Source: Alkalispirochaeta sp.
Lineage (GTDB): Bacteria > Spirochaetota > Spirochaetia > DSM-27196 > Alkalispirochaetaceae
Length of the DNA stretch: 64,000 nt
Assembly (NCBI GenBank): GCA_965601925.1
Contig: OZ271854.1
Coordinates: forward strand, 4,463,604-4,527,603
Direction: 5' to 3'
Shown: positions 17,714 through 26,910 of the stretch, piece by piece
Layout: every line of letters starts with the position of its first letter
How positions within the stretch are numbered: position 1 is the stretch's first letter
The notes under the pieces: generated by a model
Database searches by the model: none
Told to the model about the DNA's origin: nothing
The model's input: the letters and a program-made list of their open reading frames with translations, nothing else
Translations under genes and position numbers: made by a program

Positions 17714-18739
17714 GTGAAGTTCAAAATCCGTTTCGCACAACAAATCGTCGGGATATTCGTGCTCGTCGCGGCGGTTTCCATCATCGGTGTCGTGGTATCC
17801 ATGGCCGCCAATCAGCGATGGTTTGCGAGGGACTACGCGTTTTACAGCGTCTTTCCCACCGCCGAGGGACTCAGCGTGGGAATGTCGATCTCTTTCAAGG
17901 GATTCGAGATCGGGCGGATCGCGGAAATCACGTTAGCCGACCGCGACGAGGTCCGCATCGACTTTCTTATCCAGGACACGTACTACGATAAGGTGGTACC
18001 CAACAGCATTCTCGAGCTTGTCCAGAGCCCGATCGGTCTCGGCGGCGGGTTGGTCTTTCACCAGGGCCGATCGAATGATCCGCCGCTCCCGGAGGGAAGT
18101 CTCATTCCGGCCATCAACAGCAAGGAGGGGCAGGCGATCGTCGAGGCCGAGGAGGTCTTTCTCACGGGCAGCGGCGACTCGATCACGCGGATCATCAGTC
18201 AAGTCGAGCCGCTTTTGCGCAACGTAAACACTTTGCTCATCTCCGTCGAGCAGGCCCTCTCCGGCGACCAGAACGAGCCGCTGGGCGTAACCATAGCGCG
18301 CGTCAATACGTTGCTTGCCGAAGTGGAGACGACTCTGGTCGAAACGCGTACCACGATCCTCCGCGACGTCGCCGGAATCACCGCGAACTTGGAGGAGACC
18401 TCGGAGGCGTTCCGCGATCCGACCGGTATCGTACCGCGTCTCATCGACGCGGACGGTTCGATTGCCACCTTTCTGGACGACAACAATCGCCTGTACGACG
18501 AAATCGAACAGATGCTCGTCACCATCAACGCTACGCTGGACGAGGTGAACGACTTTGCCGGCTTCATAAACGGGACGCAGCCGCAGATCGCCGGACTCGT
18601 GGAAGAGGGACGCGAGGCGATCACGACCGGTCAGGATGTGCTCGAAGGGCTGAGCAACAATCCCTTGATACGGGGCGGCATCACCCGCGAGCTGCCGCAA
18701 CAGACGACGTTTGAGAGTTATCGCGATGGTCAGTTCTAA
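17714..18739 (+). CDS. mlaD: MlaD/MCE-domain protein with a long helical C-terminus
   Basis: N-terminal TM, AEGLSVGMSISFKGFEIGRI MCE motif, helical repeats. Confidence 0.85.
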   Translation: MKFKIRFAQQIVGIFVLVAAVSIIGVVVSMAANQRWFARDYAFYSVFPTAEGLSVGMSISFKGFEIGRIAEITLADRDEVRIDFLIQDTYYDKVVPNSILELVQSPIGLGGGLVFHQGRSNDPPLPEGSLIPAINSKEGQAIVEAEEVFLTGSGDSITRIISQVEPLLRNVNTLLISVEQALSGDQNEPLGVTIARVNTLLAEVETTLVETRTTILRDVAGITANLEETSEAFRDPTGIVPRLIDADGSIATFLDDNNRLYDEIEQMLVTINATLDEVNDFAGFINGTQPQIAGLVEEGREAITTGQDVLEGLSNNPLIRGGITRELPQQTTFESYRDGQF

Positions 18740-19679
18740 GGGAGCCGCGCCGCGCCGTCGGTTTTGGACGCTGCTCGTCGTGACGGCCGCGATATACGCC
18801 TCGTGTTCATCGGCGCCCGATCCGCCGGAAGCCGTGGTAACGATTCGTAATCAAGCGGCGCGAAGCGCGGAGTTCGGAAATCGCTACTTCGCCCAAGGCG
18901 ACTTTGAGCTCGCACTCCAGTTTTTTGAATCCGCCCTCGAGGGAAATACCTCCGTCGATAACCTGTCGGGCATCGCAAAGTCGTATAACTCTATCGGCCG
19001 CGTATATGCCGCGGTCGACGAGTTTGACGAGGCGGCGGAGCATTATCGCCTGGCCTTGGAGTTTGCGACGCTCGCCGACGACCGCGAGCAAACGATGCAG
19101 ACTCACATCAATCGCGGCGAGCTCGCGCTGCATATGGGGGACGAGGAGCGTGCGCTCTCGGCGTTCGAAGAGGCTCGTACCGTAAGCGAGAGCGACGAGG
19201 CGTTGGTAAGTTCAGTCCTCTATCACAACCTGGGAACACTGTACGCGCGACAACGCGACTTTGCACAAGCCGCAACCAATATCGAGCGAGCACGCCAGCT
19301 CAACGAGGAGGCGCAAAACTGGTCGGAGCTGGCGAGCAATCATTTCATGTTGGCGTCGATCGCCTCGCGACAAGGACAGTTCGAGACGGCCCTCGCCGAA
19401 GCCGAGCGGGCGTTGGAGTACGATAGGCGAGCGGAAAACAGCCCCGGCATCGCCGCCGACTTGGACGCCTTGGGCCAAATCAGCGAGCGAATCGGCGACG
19501 ACGAGGCGGCTTATCAATATTATGTGCGCGCCCTGCGGGTCTTTTTGATCCTCAACCAACCCATGCCGGTGGCCGATGTTCTCGCGCGTCTGGAGGGAGT
19601 AGCACGGCGCACCGGCCGTGAGGACGAGGCCGAGCAATTCGCATCGCAGCGCACTCGTATCCTGGAGGCACTCGAATGA
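18726..19679 (+). CDS. TPR-repeat lipoprotein
   Basis: Lipobox-like IYASC; repeated TPR helices (YNSIGRVY, YHNLGTLY). Confidence 0.82.
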   Translation: MVSSKGAAPRRRFWTLLVVTAAIYASCSSAPDPPEAVVTIRNQAARSAEFGNRYFAQGDFELALQFFESALEGNTSVDNLSGIAKSYNSIGRVYAAVDEFDEAAEHYRLALEFATLADDREQTMQTHINRGELALHMGDEERALSAFEEARTVSESDEALVSSVLYHNLGTLYARQRDFAQAATNIERARQLNEEAQNWSELASNHFMLASIASRQGQFETALAEAERALEYDRRAENSPGIAADLDALGQISERIGDDEAAYQYYVRALRVFLILNQPMPVADVLARLEGVARRTGREDEAEQFASQRTRILEALE

Positions 19680-20047
19680 ACACGTTTCTCCGCCGCACCG
19701 CGCGCGGATATCTCACCATCTTCAAGGGTATCGTAGCGCTTACAGCGGCGATGGCGATACTCGCGGCGGTGAGCATCGCCGTCACACTGCCGTTGTGGTT
19801 CCTCGCTACGACGACACCGACGCTTTTCACGTGGCTCACCGTAGCGGCGGGGGCCGTGTTCGCGGCGGCGTGGCTGTACCGTAGAGCGGCCCGACGCGGC
19901 CGGCGTTCGACATCGAGGGCTCCGGCCGTCGCATGGGGTGTCTGCGGTGTCGTGATTATCGTCGGTCTGGTGGTCGGCTCGCCGGTCGCCGTTATCGCGG
20001 GCCTCGTCACGGGCTCACTCGTCCTTGCGCGTCGCCTCGCAACGTAA
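19676..20047 (+). CDS. Hypothetical membrane protein
   Basis: About four hydrophobic segments. ATGA overlap with the upstream gene. Confidence 0.65.
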   Translation: MNTFLRRTARGYLTIFKGIVALTAAMAILAAVSIAVTLPLWFLATTTPTLFTWLTVAAGAVFAAAWLYRRAARRGRRSTSRAPAVAWGVCGVVIIVGLVVGSPVAVIAGLVTGSLVLARRLAT

Positions 20048-20960
20048 GCCGAAGCGGACGTTCGTGAGGGGCGCTTCGACATTATGCGCGATGATCCTCC
20101 TCTTTGCCTCGCTGCGCCCCGCCGGTGCTCAAGTGGCGTTATCGCGGCTTGAACGTTCCGACCCGGTATACGTACAGCACCAGCGGCTCGTCGCCGAGTA
20201 CCACCGGCATACCGCTCAGGGATTGTCTCTGCCTCCCTTGGTACTCTTTCAGTATCGCCCCGGGGACGACGAGGATCTCTTCGGCATCGCAGCGCGTCTG
20301 ATGATCCCCTACGATACGCTGGCGAGTCTCAACCGTTTGGAGTACCCGAGCATATCGGACGCGCCGCTGTTGGTGCCGAGCCAGCCCGGACTCTTCGCGT
20401 ACGACGATCCGTCGACGCAACTTGAACGCCTCCTCCGCGAGCGGATTACGGGGAACGCCGCGACACAGTCGTTGACGATTCCTTTCGGCGGACGCGCAAC
20501 GCCGGTGCGATATCTGGCGGGGTACGATTTTCTTCCCGCCGAGCGCGACATCTTTCTTCGGATGCGGTTTGCCAACCCCCTTCCCGGCGCCGCACTTTCC
20601 TCTCAATACGGATATCGCAACCATCCGGTAACGGGGGTGTGGTCCTTTCATCACGGCATCGATCTCGCCGCGAACTACGGTACGGCGGTTCGCACGGCGG
20701 CGGCGGGATTGGTTACCGCGATTGAGCGCGATCCGTGGCTCGGGCTGTCGGTCACGGTAGCCCACCGGGAGCACTACGAGACGATGTATGCGCACCTCCA
20801 GGAAGTTGTTGTGGAAATCGGACAGAATGTGACGAATGATGGTATTATCGGCTACGTAGGGAGTTCGGGACTTTCTACGGGACCTCACCTCCATTTTGAG
20901 ATACGATATCGTGGGGAGAGTCGTAACCCGGGGCATTACATAATGTGGGAGTCGAATTGA
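20025..20960 (+). CDS. LysM-like + M23 family endopeptidase
   Basis: HHGIDLA (HxxxD), TGPHLHFEI (HxH), and a LysM-like DEDLFGIAARL...TLASLN segment. Start uncertain. Confidence 0.88.
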   Translation: MRVASQRKPKRTFVRGASTLCAMILLFASLRPAGAQVALSRLERSDPVYVQHQRLVAEYHRHTAQGLSLPPLVLFQYRPGDDEDLFGIAARLMIPYDTLASLNRLEYPSISDAPLLVPSQPGLFAYDDPSTQLERLLRERITGNAATQSLTIPFGGRATPVRYLAGYDFLPAERDIFLRMRFANPLPGAALSSQYGYRNHPVTGVWSFHHGIDLAANYGTAVRTAAAGLVTAIERDPWLGLSVTVAHREHYETMYAHLQEVVVEIGQNVTNDGIIGYVGSSGLSTGPHLHFEIRYRGESRNPGHYIMWESN

Positions 20961-21934
20961 AAACGTTACGGTGCATCCGGATAGTCGCTGCTTTTCTCTT
21001 ACTCCATCAAACCGTTCTGTACGCTCAAAACTTCAGAGGCGACCTCATCGCGTATGATCACATAAGCCCCGACGGTCCGGTTACCCATGAGATCGGCGCC
21101 GGCCAAGTCGTCCTGTTCGGGTTTGAGCGCGACATTCGCTTTCTGGACGGTATCGAAATCACGATCACCCCGCAGCGCACCGTCGCACCTATCGGGGCCT
21201 TTTCCTTCACGGTATACGGCAGTGTCGACCGTCCCGATACCGACGGGATCGCGAACTTGGCGGGCCGCACCCTCGCCACTACGGTCCTCGCGGGCTCGGA
21301 TACACAGACGATCGCAGTCCCTCTCAGCTCATCGCACGAAATCAGAGAGGAGCGCGGGCGCGTACTCGCGGCCGTAGCCGATCCGCGAACCGGCGCGGTC
21401 GCCGTTCATCTCGCTCCGGCGATGAAAGGTATGACCGTCGGTGCGGTCGAACAGGTATACGATGTCGAAGTAACCCCGATCCTCCGTCCCGTGGGGGCGA
21501 TCGTCGTCGAGCTTGTCGGCGATGCGGAGCTGGTGGACCGCGCCCGGGGACTTTTAGATCTCACCCTCGACGGAGAGTCAATTGTCGAGGGTGAAGTTGT
21601 CGAACGTCCTCCGGGTATTTATCGTCTCGACGCGACGGCCGGCGAGATCGTGCGCCACGCCGTGAACGTGGGGATAGAGGTGGGGCGGATTCAGCGCATC
21701 GCCGTGGAGGCTGCCGAACCGCGTGCATCGGTCCGCTTTGTCGTACCGTCGGTTGCGGAAGTATACTGGAATGGGGCCCTGCTAGCGGAACACCGAGACA
21801 TGTCGGTGAGCCCCGGCGTATACGCGTTGCTGGTCCGTCTCGGGGATTTCAGTGTGAGCCGTCAGGTGACGGTGGAGGCTAATCGGGAGTACGAGATAGA
21901 GGTTGGCCTTGATATTTTGGTAAAAGAGGACTAA
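20957..21934 (+). CDS. Secreted hypothetical protein with PEGA-like C-terminal repeats
   Basis: Signal peptide; RPPGIYRL and VSPGVYALLV...SRQVTVEANREYEI segments. Confidence 0.6.
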   Translation: MKTLRCIRIVAAFLLLHQTVLYAQNFRGDLIAYDHISPDGPVTHEIGAGQVVLFGFERDIRFLDGIEITITPQRTVAPIGAFSFTVYGSVDRPDTDGIANLAGRTLATTVLAGSDTQTIAVPLSSSHEIREERGRVLAAVADPRTGAVAVHLAPAMKGMTVGAVEQVYDVEVTPILRPVGAIVVELVGDAELVDRARGLLDLTLDGESIVEGEVVERPPGIYRLDATAGEIVRHAVNVGIEVGRIQRIAVEAAEPRASVRFVVPSVAEVYWNGALLAEHRDMSVSPGVYALLVRLGDFSVSRQVTVEANREYEIEVGLDILVKED

Positions 21935-21962
21935 ACCTTACGAGGTACGAGACGATAATCAG

Positions 21963-22052
21963 AGTATCGGTGGCGGAAATAGTTCCCCTCCCAGTTCACT
22001 ATTCCTGTGCCGATGCTTTTTGGCCGGTTCTGCCGAACCGGCCTTTTTTTTT
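21963..22052 (+). ncRNA. Candidate small RNA or structured 3' element (long hairpin with C-rich loop, then terminator)
   Basis: AGTATCGGTGGCGGAAATAGT pairs with ACTATTCCTGTGCCGATGCT around the loop TCCCCTCCCAGTTC, followed by a terminator. Confidence 0.4.
22022..22052 (+). terminator. Intrinsic terminator
   Basis: GGCCGGTTC-TGCC-GAACCGGCC followed by a T run. Confidence 0.88.
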
Positions 22053-22105
22053 GCTGTGTCTACTCCATCGACTGAGTACGCGTACGGTTTCGTCGATGCC
22101 GCCCG

Positions 22106-22135
22106 TTGACAAAGACGGGAATCCGTCCATAGAGT
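22106..22135 (+). promoter_or_regulatory. Sigma70-type promoter of PBP1A (leaderless candidate)
   Basis: TTGACA (22106-22111), 18 nt, TAGAGT (22130-22135), 7 nt, ATG. Confidence 0.65.
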
Positions 22136-22142
22136 TGATCTC

Positions 22143-24728
22143 ATGACTCCGAAGTGGAGAGCTATTCTCTGGATTCTTTTTTCGTCGTTGGCCGTCGCCA
22201 TATTGGGCGTCGGAATCGCGACTGGTCTTGCAATTGCGTCGGTTCAGAACATTGACAACATAGAAAACATCGGTGATCAAGGTTCGGCGTTGCCGTCGCA
22301 GATCCTCGATCGCAATGGTCGCCTCATTACCGAGTTCTTTTCCGACGAGAATCGCGAGTTGGTATCGATAGATGAACTTCCGCGCCACCTGATATACGCC
22401 GTGATCACGAGAGAAGATCAAACGTTTTTTCAGCATCGCGGATTCAGTTTTCGAGGAACCGCCCGGGCGGCGTGGAACGTATTGATCAGCCGATACTTCT
22501 CCGGCGGGTCCACGATCACGCAGCAGCTCGCGGGTCACCTGTACGCCGATCGCACCGATATCTCGGTCAGGCGAAAGCTCGTCGAGTTATGGTGGGCGTT
22601 GCAAATCGAGCGCCATCTCACGAAATACGAGATTCTCGAACAATATCTCAACCGTATGTGGTTCGGTCACGGCACCTACGGCGTCGAGGCGGCGAGTCAG
22701 TTCTTCTTCGGCCATTCGGCGACGGAACTGACGATTGCCGAGTCGGCGATGCTCGTCATACAGCTGGCAAATCCTTCATTGTACTCCCCCATTAGACGGC
22801 CCAACGAGGCGCGCAACGTTCAGCGGACAATTCTCGATCAAATGGTGGCGCTCGGGTATGTCACCCAGGAGGAGGCCGACGTAAGCTTTGATCGATACTG
22901 GAGTAACTACGATTTCACCCGCGCCAACACCTCGACCGCATTCTTCGAGCGGGAGGATCGTGCACCGTATTTCTCCGAATACGTCCGCTTTCGCCTGGAG
23001 AATCAGTACCTCCTGGGAAGCCTCGATATCAACCGTGACGGGTTTGTCGTCCATACGACGTTGGATCTCGACTACCAAGATGAGGCCGATCGTTACGTTC
23101 GCTCGGGGATTGCGAGGGCAAACAGTATCTATCGTCAGAACATGTCGACTCGCGTCGTCTACGGCGACGACCTCGCTCCGGTGATCGACCTCGTTTCGCT
23201 GGCATTCAACATACCCGACCTGCGGGTCGGCGACGCCAAGCAACGGCAGCGCGCGATAGAGGAATACCAGCGCATCTTGAATCCCACGATGGACATCGTC
23301 TCGCTCATGTTCACTCCCGATAATCAGCTCGATCTTCGCCACGCGATACGCATGTCCTATGCCCGGTCGACCGAAGAGTCGTTGCGAACCACCGTGGAGG
23401 GAGCGCTCATTACCCTCGAGAACGACACCGGACACGTACTTGCCATGGTCGGCGGCCGGGAGTTCGAGGCGCGCAATCAGTTCAACCGCGCCGTCGATGC
23501 GGCGGTCGAACCGGGATCGGCATTCAAACCGCTGTACTACATCGCGGCGATCGAGGACGGCGTAGTAACTCCGGCCACGATGATTTACGACTCGCCGGTC
23601 GTCTTTTGGAACAACGACGGAACGCCGTACATGCCCGAGAACTACCGTGGTGAGTGGGAGGGGCCGGTATTGACCCGCTATGCCCTGGCGCGATCGATGA
23701 ACGTACCCTCCTTGAGGATTCTCGACCGCGTCGGATTCGATAGTGCGTTGGATATTTCGGCATCGCTTCTCAACATTCCCGAAGAGGATCGGCTCCAAAG
23801 AAATTTCGTACGCCGATATCCGGTCGGACTGGGCATCGTACAGGTTTCTCCCCTGGAGATGGCACAGGCGTACGCTACCATAGCCAACCGAGGTCGGCGC
23901 GTCACGCCGATCGCCATCCGCTACATCGAAGACCGTACCGGACGGGTCATTTTGGAGCCGGAGGCCGAGCTCCGCCGCCAGGAGCTGCGCACCGGCGGCC
24001 CTACCCAGGTCGTAAGTCCGCAGGCGGCGTACGTGCTCACCGACATCCTGCAAACTACCGTGGAGAGCGGGACGCTGCGATACGCCCGGAACGTAGCCGG
24101 CGGGTTCGATCAGCCGACGGCGGGAAAAACCGGTACGACGCAGAACTGGGCCGACGCGTGGACGCTCGGATTCACGCCCTACTACACCACCGCCGTCTGG
24201 TTCGGATTCGATCGCGGCGGATCGAATAGTTTGGGAGTCAACCAGACCGGAGCGATAACGGCGGGACCGGTTTGGGCGCAATACATGAAGGCCATTCACG
24301 ACGGCCTTCCCGTACGCGAATTCGTGCGCCCCGACGGCGTGGTCGAGGCGGTCGTATCGGTACGCTCGGGTCTCCTTCCGCCGGCCGATTATACCGGCGC
24401 GACGATTCGCGAGGTATTCGTCGCCGGAACGCAGCCGACCGAATTCGATCATCTCGAACAGTTCGAGCGCGAACAAGCGCCCATTCTCGTCGACCGCCTC
24501 CGAGACAACCTACAGAATGCCAGTTTTTCCCTCGATGTATCCGCTCCGAGCATCGAGAATCAACTTGACTTGAGTCTCGAGCTCGGAATACTCGATGGAG
24601 AAGAAGGGCGCGGCCTCTCCGGAGGAACGCGTAGCTCCGCTCGTTCCTTCCCCAACGGCGGTGGCGGCACGGGAGGCATCGGCGGCGAACCCGATAGTGA
24701 TTTTGGTGCAAACCCGCTTCTCGATTGA
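22143..24728 (+). CDS. mrcA: Class A penicillin-binding protein (PBP1A)
   Basis: Transglycosylase motifs EDQTFFQHRG, GGSTITQQL, RKLVE. Transpeptidase motifs SAFK, SMN, KTGT. Confidence 0.93.
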   Translation: MTPKWRAILWILFSSLAVAILGVGIATGLAIASVQNIDNIENIGDQGSALPSQILDRNGRLITEFFSDENRELVSIDELPRHLIYAVITREDQTFFQHRGFSFRGTARAAWNVLISRYFSGGSTITQQLAGHLYADRTDISVRRKLVELWWALQIERHLTKYEILEQYLNRMWFGHGTYGVEAASQFFFGHSATELTIAESAMLVIQLANPSLYSPIRRPNEARNVQRTILDQMVALGYVTQEEADVSFDRYWSNYDFTRANTSTAFFEREDRAPYFSEYVRFRLENQYLLGSLDINRDGFVVHTTLDLDYQDEADRYVRSGIARANSIYRQNMSTRVVYGDDLAPVIDLVSLAFNIPDLRVGDAKQRQRAIEEYQRILNPTMDIVSLMFTPDNQLDLRHAIRMSYARSTEESLRTTVEGALITLENDTGHVLAMVGGREFEARNQFNRAVDAAVEPGSAFKPLYYIAAIEDGVVTPATMIYDSPVVFWNNDGTPYMPENYRGEWEGPVLTRYALARSMNVPSLRILDRVGFDSALDISASLLNIPEEDRLQRNFVRRYPVGLGIVQVSPLEMAQAYATIANRGRRVTPIAIRYIEDRTGRVILEPEAELRRQELRTGGPTQVVSPQAAYVLTDILQTTVESGTLRYARNVAGGFDQPTAGKTGTTQNWADAWTLGFTPYYTTAVWFGFDRGGSNSLGVNQTGAITAGPVWAQYMKAIHDGLPVREFVRPDGVVEAVVSVRSGLLPPADYTGATIREVFVAGTQPTEFDHLEQFEREQAPILVDRLRDNLQNASFSLDVSAPSIENQLDLSLELGILDGEEGRGLSGGTRSSARSFPNGGGGTGGIGGEPDSDFGANPLLD

Positions 24729-24743
24729 GGTCTGTGGAAACGC

Positions 24744-25175
24744 ATGAGTCGACTCGAGACGATCGACATTGAAAGGATCCGCGTTCACCACCGCGTGAGA
24801 CGCGATCTCGGGGATCTCGGTAGTCTCAAGGAGAGTATGCGGCGCCACGGCCTGTTTAACCCTCTCGTCGTAACGCACGATTACGTATTGGTCGCCGGAC
24901 GCCGGCGCCTCGAGTCGGCGCGCGAGCTGGGTTGGCGCGCGGTTCAGTGCCGCGTCGTCGATCAGGATGATCGCACAACGCTTCTTGAAATCGAGATAGA
25001 GGAGAACACCGCACGTCGCGATTTCACAAGTGATGAACTGGCGGACGCCTTAGTACGACTCGACCGCTTGCGGAGTCCTTCGTGGTGGCGTCGCGCCTGG
25101 CGATCGATCCTGCGATTCTTTCGAGCCGTCGGCCGTCGCCTTGGAATCGGTCGTCGGCGCGACGCCTCTCAGTGA
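24744..25175 (+). CDS. ParB/Sulfiredoxin N-terminal-domain protein lacking an HTH
   Basis: LKESMRRHGLFNPLVV, VAGRRRLESA, EIEENTARRDF. Basic/aromatic C-terminal helix. Confidence 0.85.
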   Translation: MSRLETIDIERIRVHHRVRRDLGDLGSLKESMRRHGLFNPLVVTHDYVLVAGRRRLESARELGWRAVQCRVVDQDDRTTLLEIEIEENTARRDFTSDELADALVRLDRLRSPSWWRRAWRSILRFFRAVGRRLGIGRRRDASQ

Positions 25176-25199
25176 ACGGCCGCTCCCGCAGAGAGCGAA

Positions 25200-26813
25200 T
25201 CAGTTGAAGTCGGTCAAACTCAATATGCGAATCGCACCATCCTCGTCCTGCACGACGAGTCGATCACCGCGGGTGACGATATCGGTACGGGCCAAAACCG
25301 GTTCCGCCGATCGTCGCAATAGAACGAGTTGGGCGTCAAACTCCCCGATGTAGAAACGTCCAGCGTCGGGAACAACGGCGAGAATCGTGCCGCCGACGGG
25401 TCGAATTCTACCCCCCGGCACGACCTCGACGTCGCTTTCGGCGATCACGCCGAGAGACGCGGCGTCGAGCAGGAGCAGGCGGCGACTTCTCTCATTGGCC
25501 ACCAAAATACCGCTCTGAAACGTAACCAGATCGCGATCAACGATGGGAATCGTACGCTCGCCCGCTACCGCCGCCTCGGTGAGGTCTACGACCGCGAGTT
25601 CGAATTGTGCGCCTCCGCGGGCAACGACGAACGGCACGAACTCACGACCGCCCTCACCCGTCTCGAGGATCTCAAGATCCTCGGCAGTCTCTTCGTAGAG
25701 CTCGGCGACTCGTTCGGTTAACTCTTCCAGATCCTCCGTCTCGCGATCCAGGGTCTCCTGCCGCTCCTCTATCGCGCGCTCTTCGGTCGCCAACTCCTCC
25801 TGCTCCCGACGTAGCTCGGTGAGTCGCTCCTCGGTCTCGGTATCATCGACGGCCTCAGTCGGTTCCGCTCGTTCGTCTTCGTCATCCGCTGCCGGCGCCT
25901 CAACCGGCGCCTCTTCGTCGCGCGCCTGCGTCGCCCCATCGGCTTCGAGCTCAGCGGCGGCGGTATCGTCCGTATCGTCGCCTTCAAGGGCGCGGATCTC
26001 GGCTTCGACCTCGCGTTGACGCTCCGCGACCGCCTCACGCTCCTCGTCAAGCGCGACTTGCTCCTCACGGATCGCCTCCACCCGCTCTTCGATGACCCGC
26101 TCGATAAATGCGATGATCGCCTTTCTATCTTCAATACCGAGGTCGCTTCTGCTGCGCAGCTCGGCGATCACCTGCGGGTCCACGAGCTGACCGGTATCCA
26201 CGGCGTCCAAATCTCCGGGAGCGCGATCATCCCGAATAGGTAGTACGATCTGCGTCTGTCCCGGCCATTGAAGATATGAGATCGCCAGACCCGCCCGTTC
26301 GGGGTCGAGGGCCGCCACTACTTCGGTTCGATATCGTCCGGAAAAAAGGTCCATGGCGCCGCGATACACGGCGTTGTAGATCGTGGCGAAGCGGGCCACT
26401 AGATCGGCGTCGGACGTCTCGTAGTCCCAAGCGGCCTCGAGATAGCCGGCCACAATGCGTCTGAGGTTGTCGATATGGTCGACCCGGGCGTCCTCGGCGA
26501 GCTCGATAATATCGGCCGAAAAAAGGGCCGAATCGGCGTCGCCGAGTATACGCGTCACGCGATAACGCCCCTCGAAGTCTCCACGACCGTCCTCGGTCAT
26601 CCCACGCCCAAGAGCATCGCCGATACCGCGAATCGCTTCACGCGTATCGATACTTTCTACCGGTCCTTCGTAATTCTCAAACTCGATATCCGCACCGGAG
26701 GTCTCTTCAAGCTCGCTTCGGTCGAGCTCAAGCGCGAGACCGGGCGCCGTCGCAAACGATAGCAGAAGTCCGATACTCACCATCACCGTATACACGCGGC
26801 GCGTTGTGTTCAT
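25200..26813 (-). CDS. P83/100-family periplasmic protein
   Basis: Signal peptide, then LELDRSEL...IEFENYEGP...IDTREAIRGIG, DHIDNLRRIVAGYL, WPGQTQI. Acidic coiled-coil middle section. Confidence 0.8.
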   Translation of the reverse strand: MNTTRRVYTVMVSIGLLLSFATAPGLALELDRSELEETSGADIEFENYEGPVESIDTREAIRGIGDALGRGMTEDGRGDFEGRYRVTRILGDADSALFSADIIELAEDARVDHIDNLRRIVAGYLEAAWDYETSDADLVARFATIYNAVYRGAMDLFSGRYRTEVVAALDPERAGLAISYLQWPGQTQIVLPIRDDRAPGDLDAVDTGQLVDPQVIAELRSRSDLGIEDRKAIIAFIERVIEERVEAIREEQVALDEEREAVAERQREVEAEIRALEGDDTDDTAAAELEADGATQARDEEAPVEAPAADDEDERAEPTEAVDDTETEERLTELRREQEELATEERAIEERQETLDRETEDLEELTERVAELYEETAEDLEILETGEGGREFVPFVVARGGAQFELAVVDLTEAAVAGERTIPIVDRDLVTFQSGILVANERSRRLLLLDAASLGVIAESDVEVVPGGRIRPVGGTILAVVPDAGRFYIGEFDAQLVLLRRSAEPVLARTDIVTRGDRLVVQDEDGAIRILSLTDFN

Positions 26814-26910
26814 CACGTTACGAGTATATCGTAAGAGGGAAGCCGCTGCACAGAGTACCGCCTCGCCTCCCCCTTTTAGCGACATCACAAGCCGGATATA
26901 CTCACAGGTA

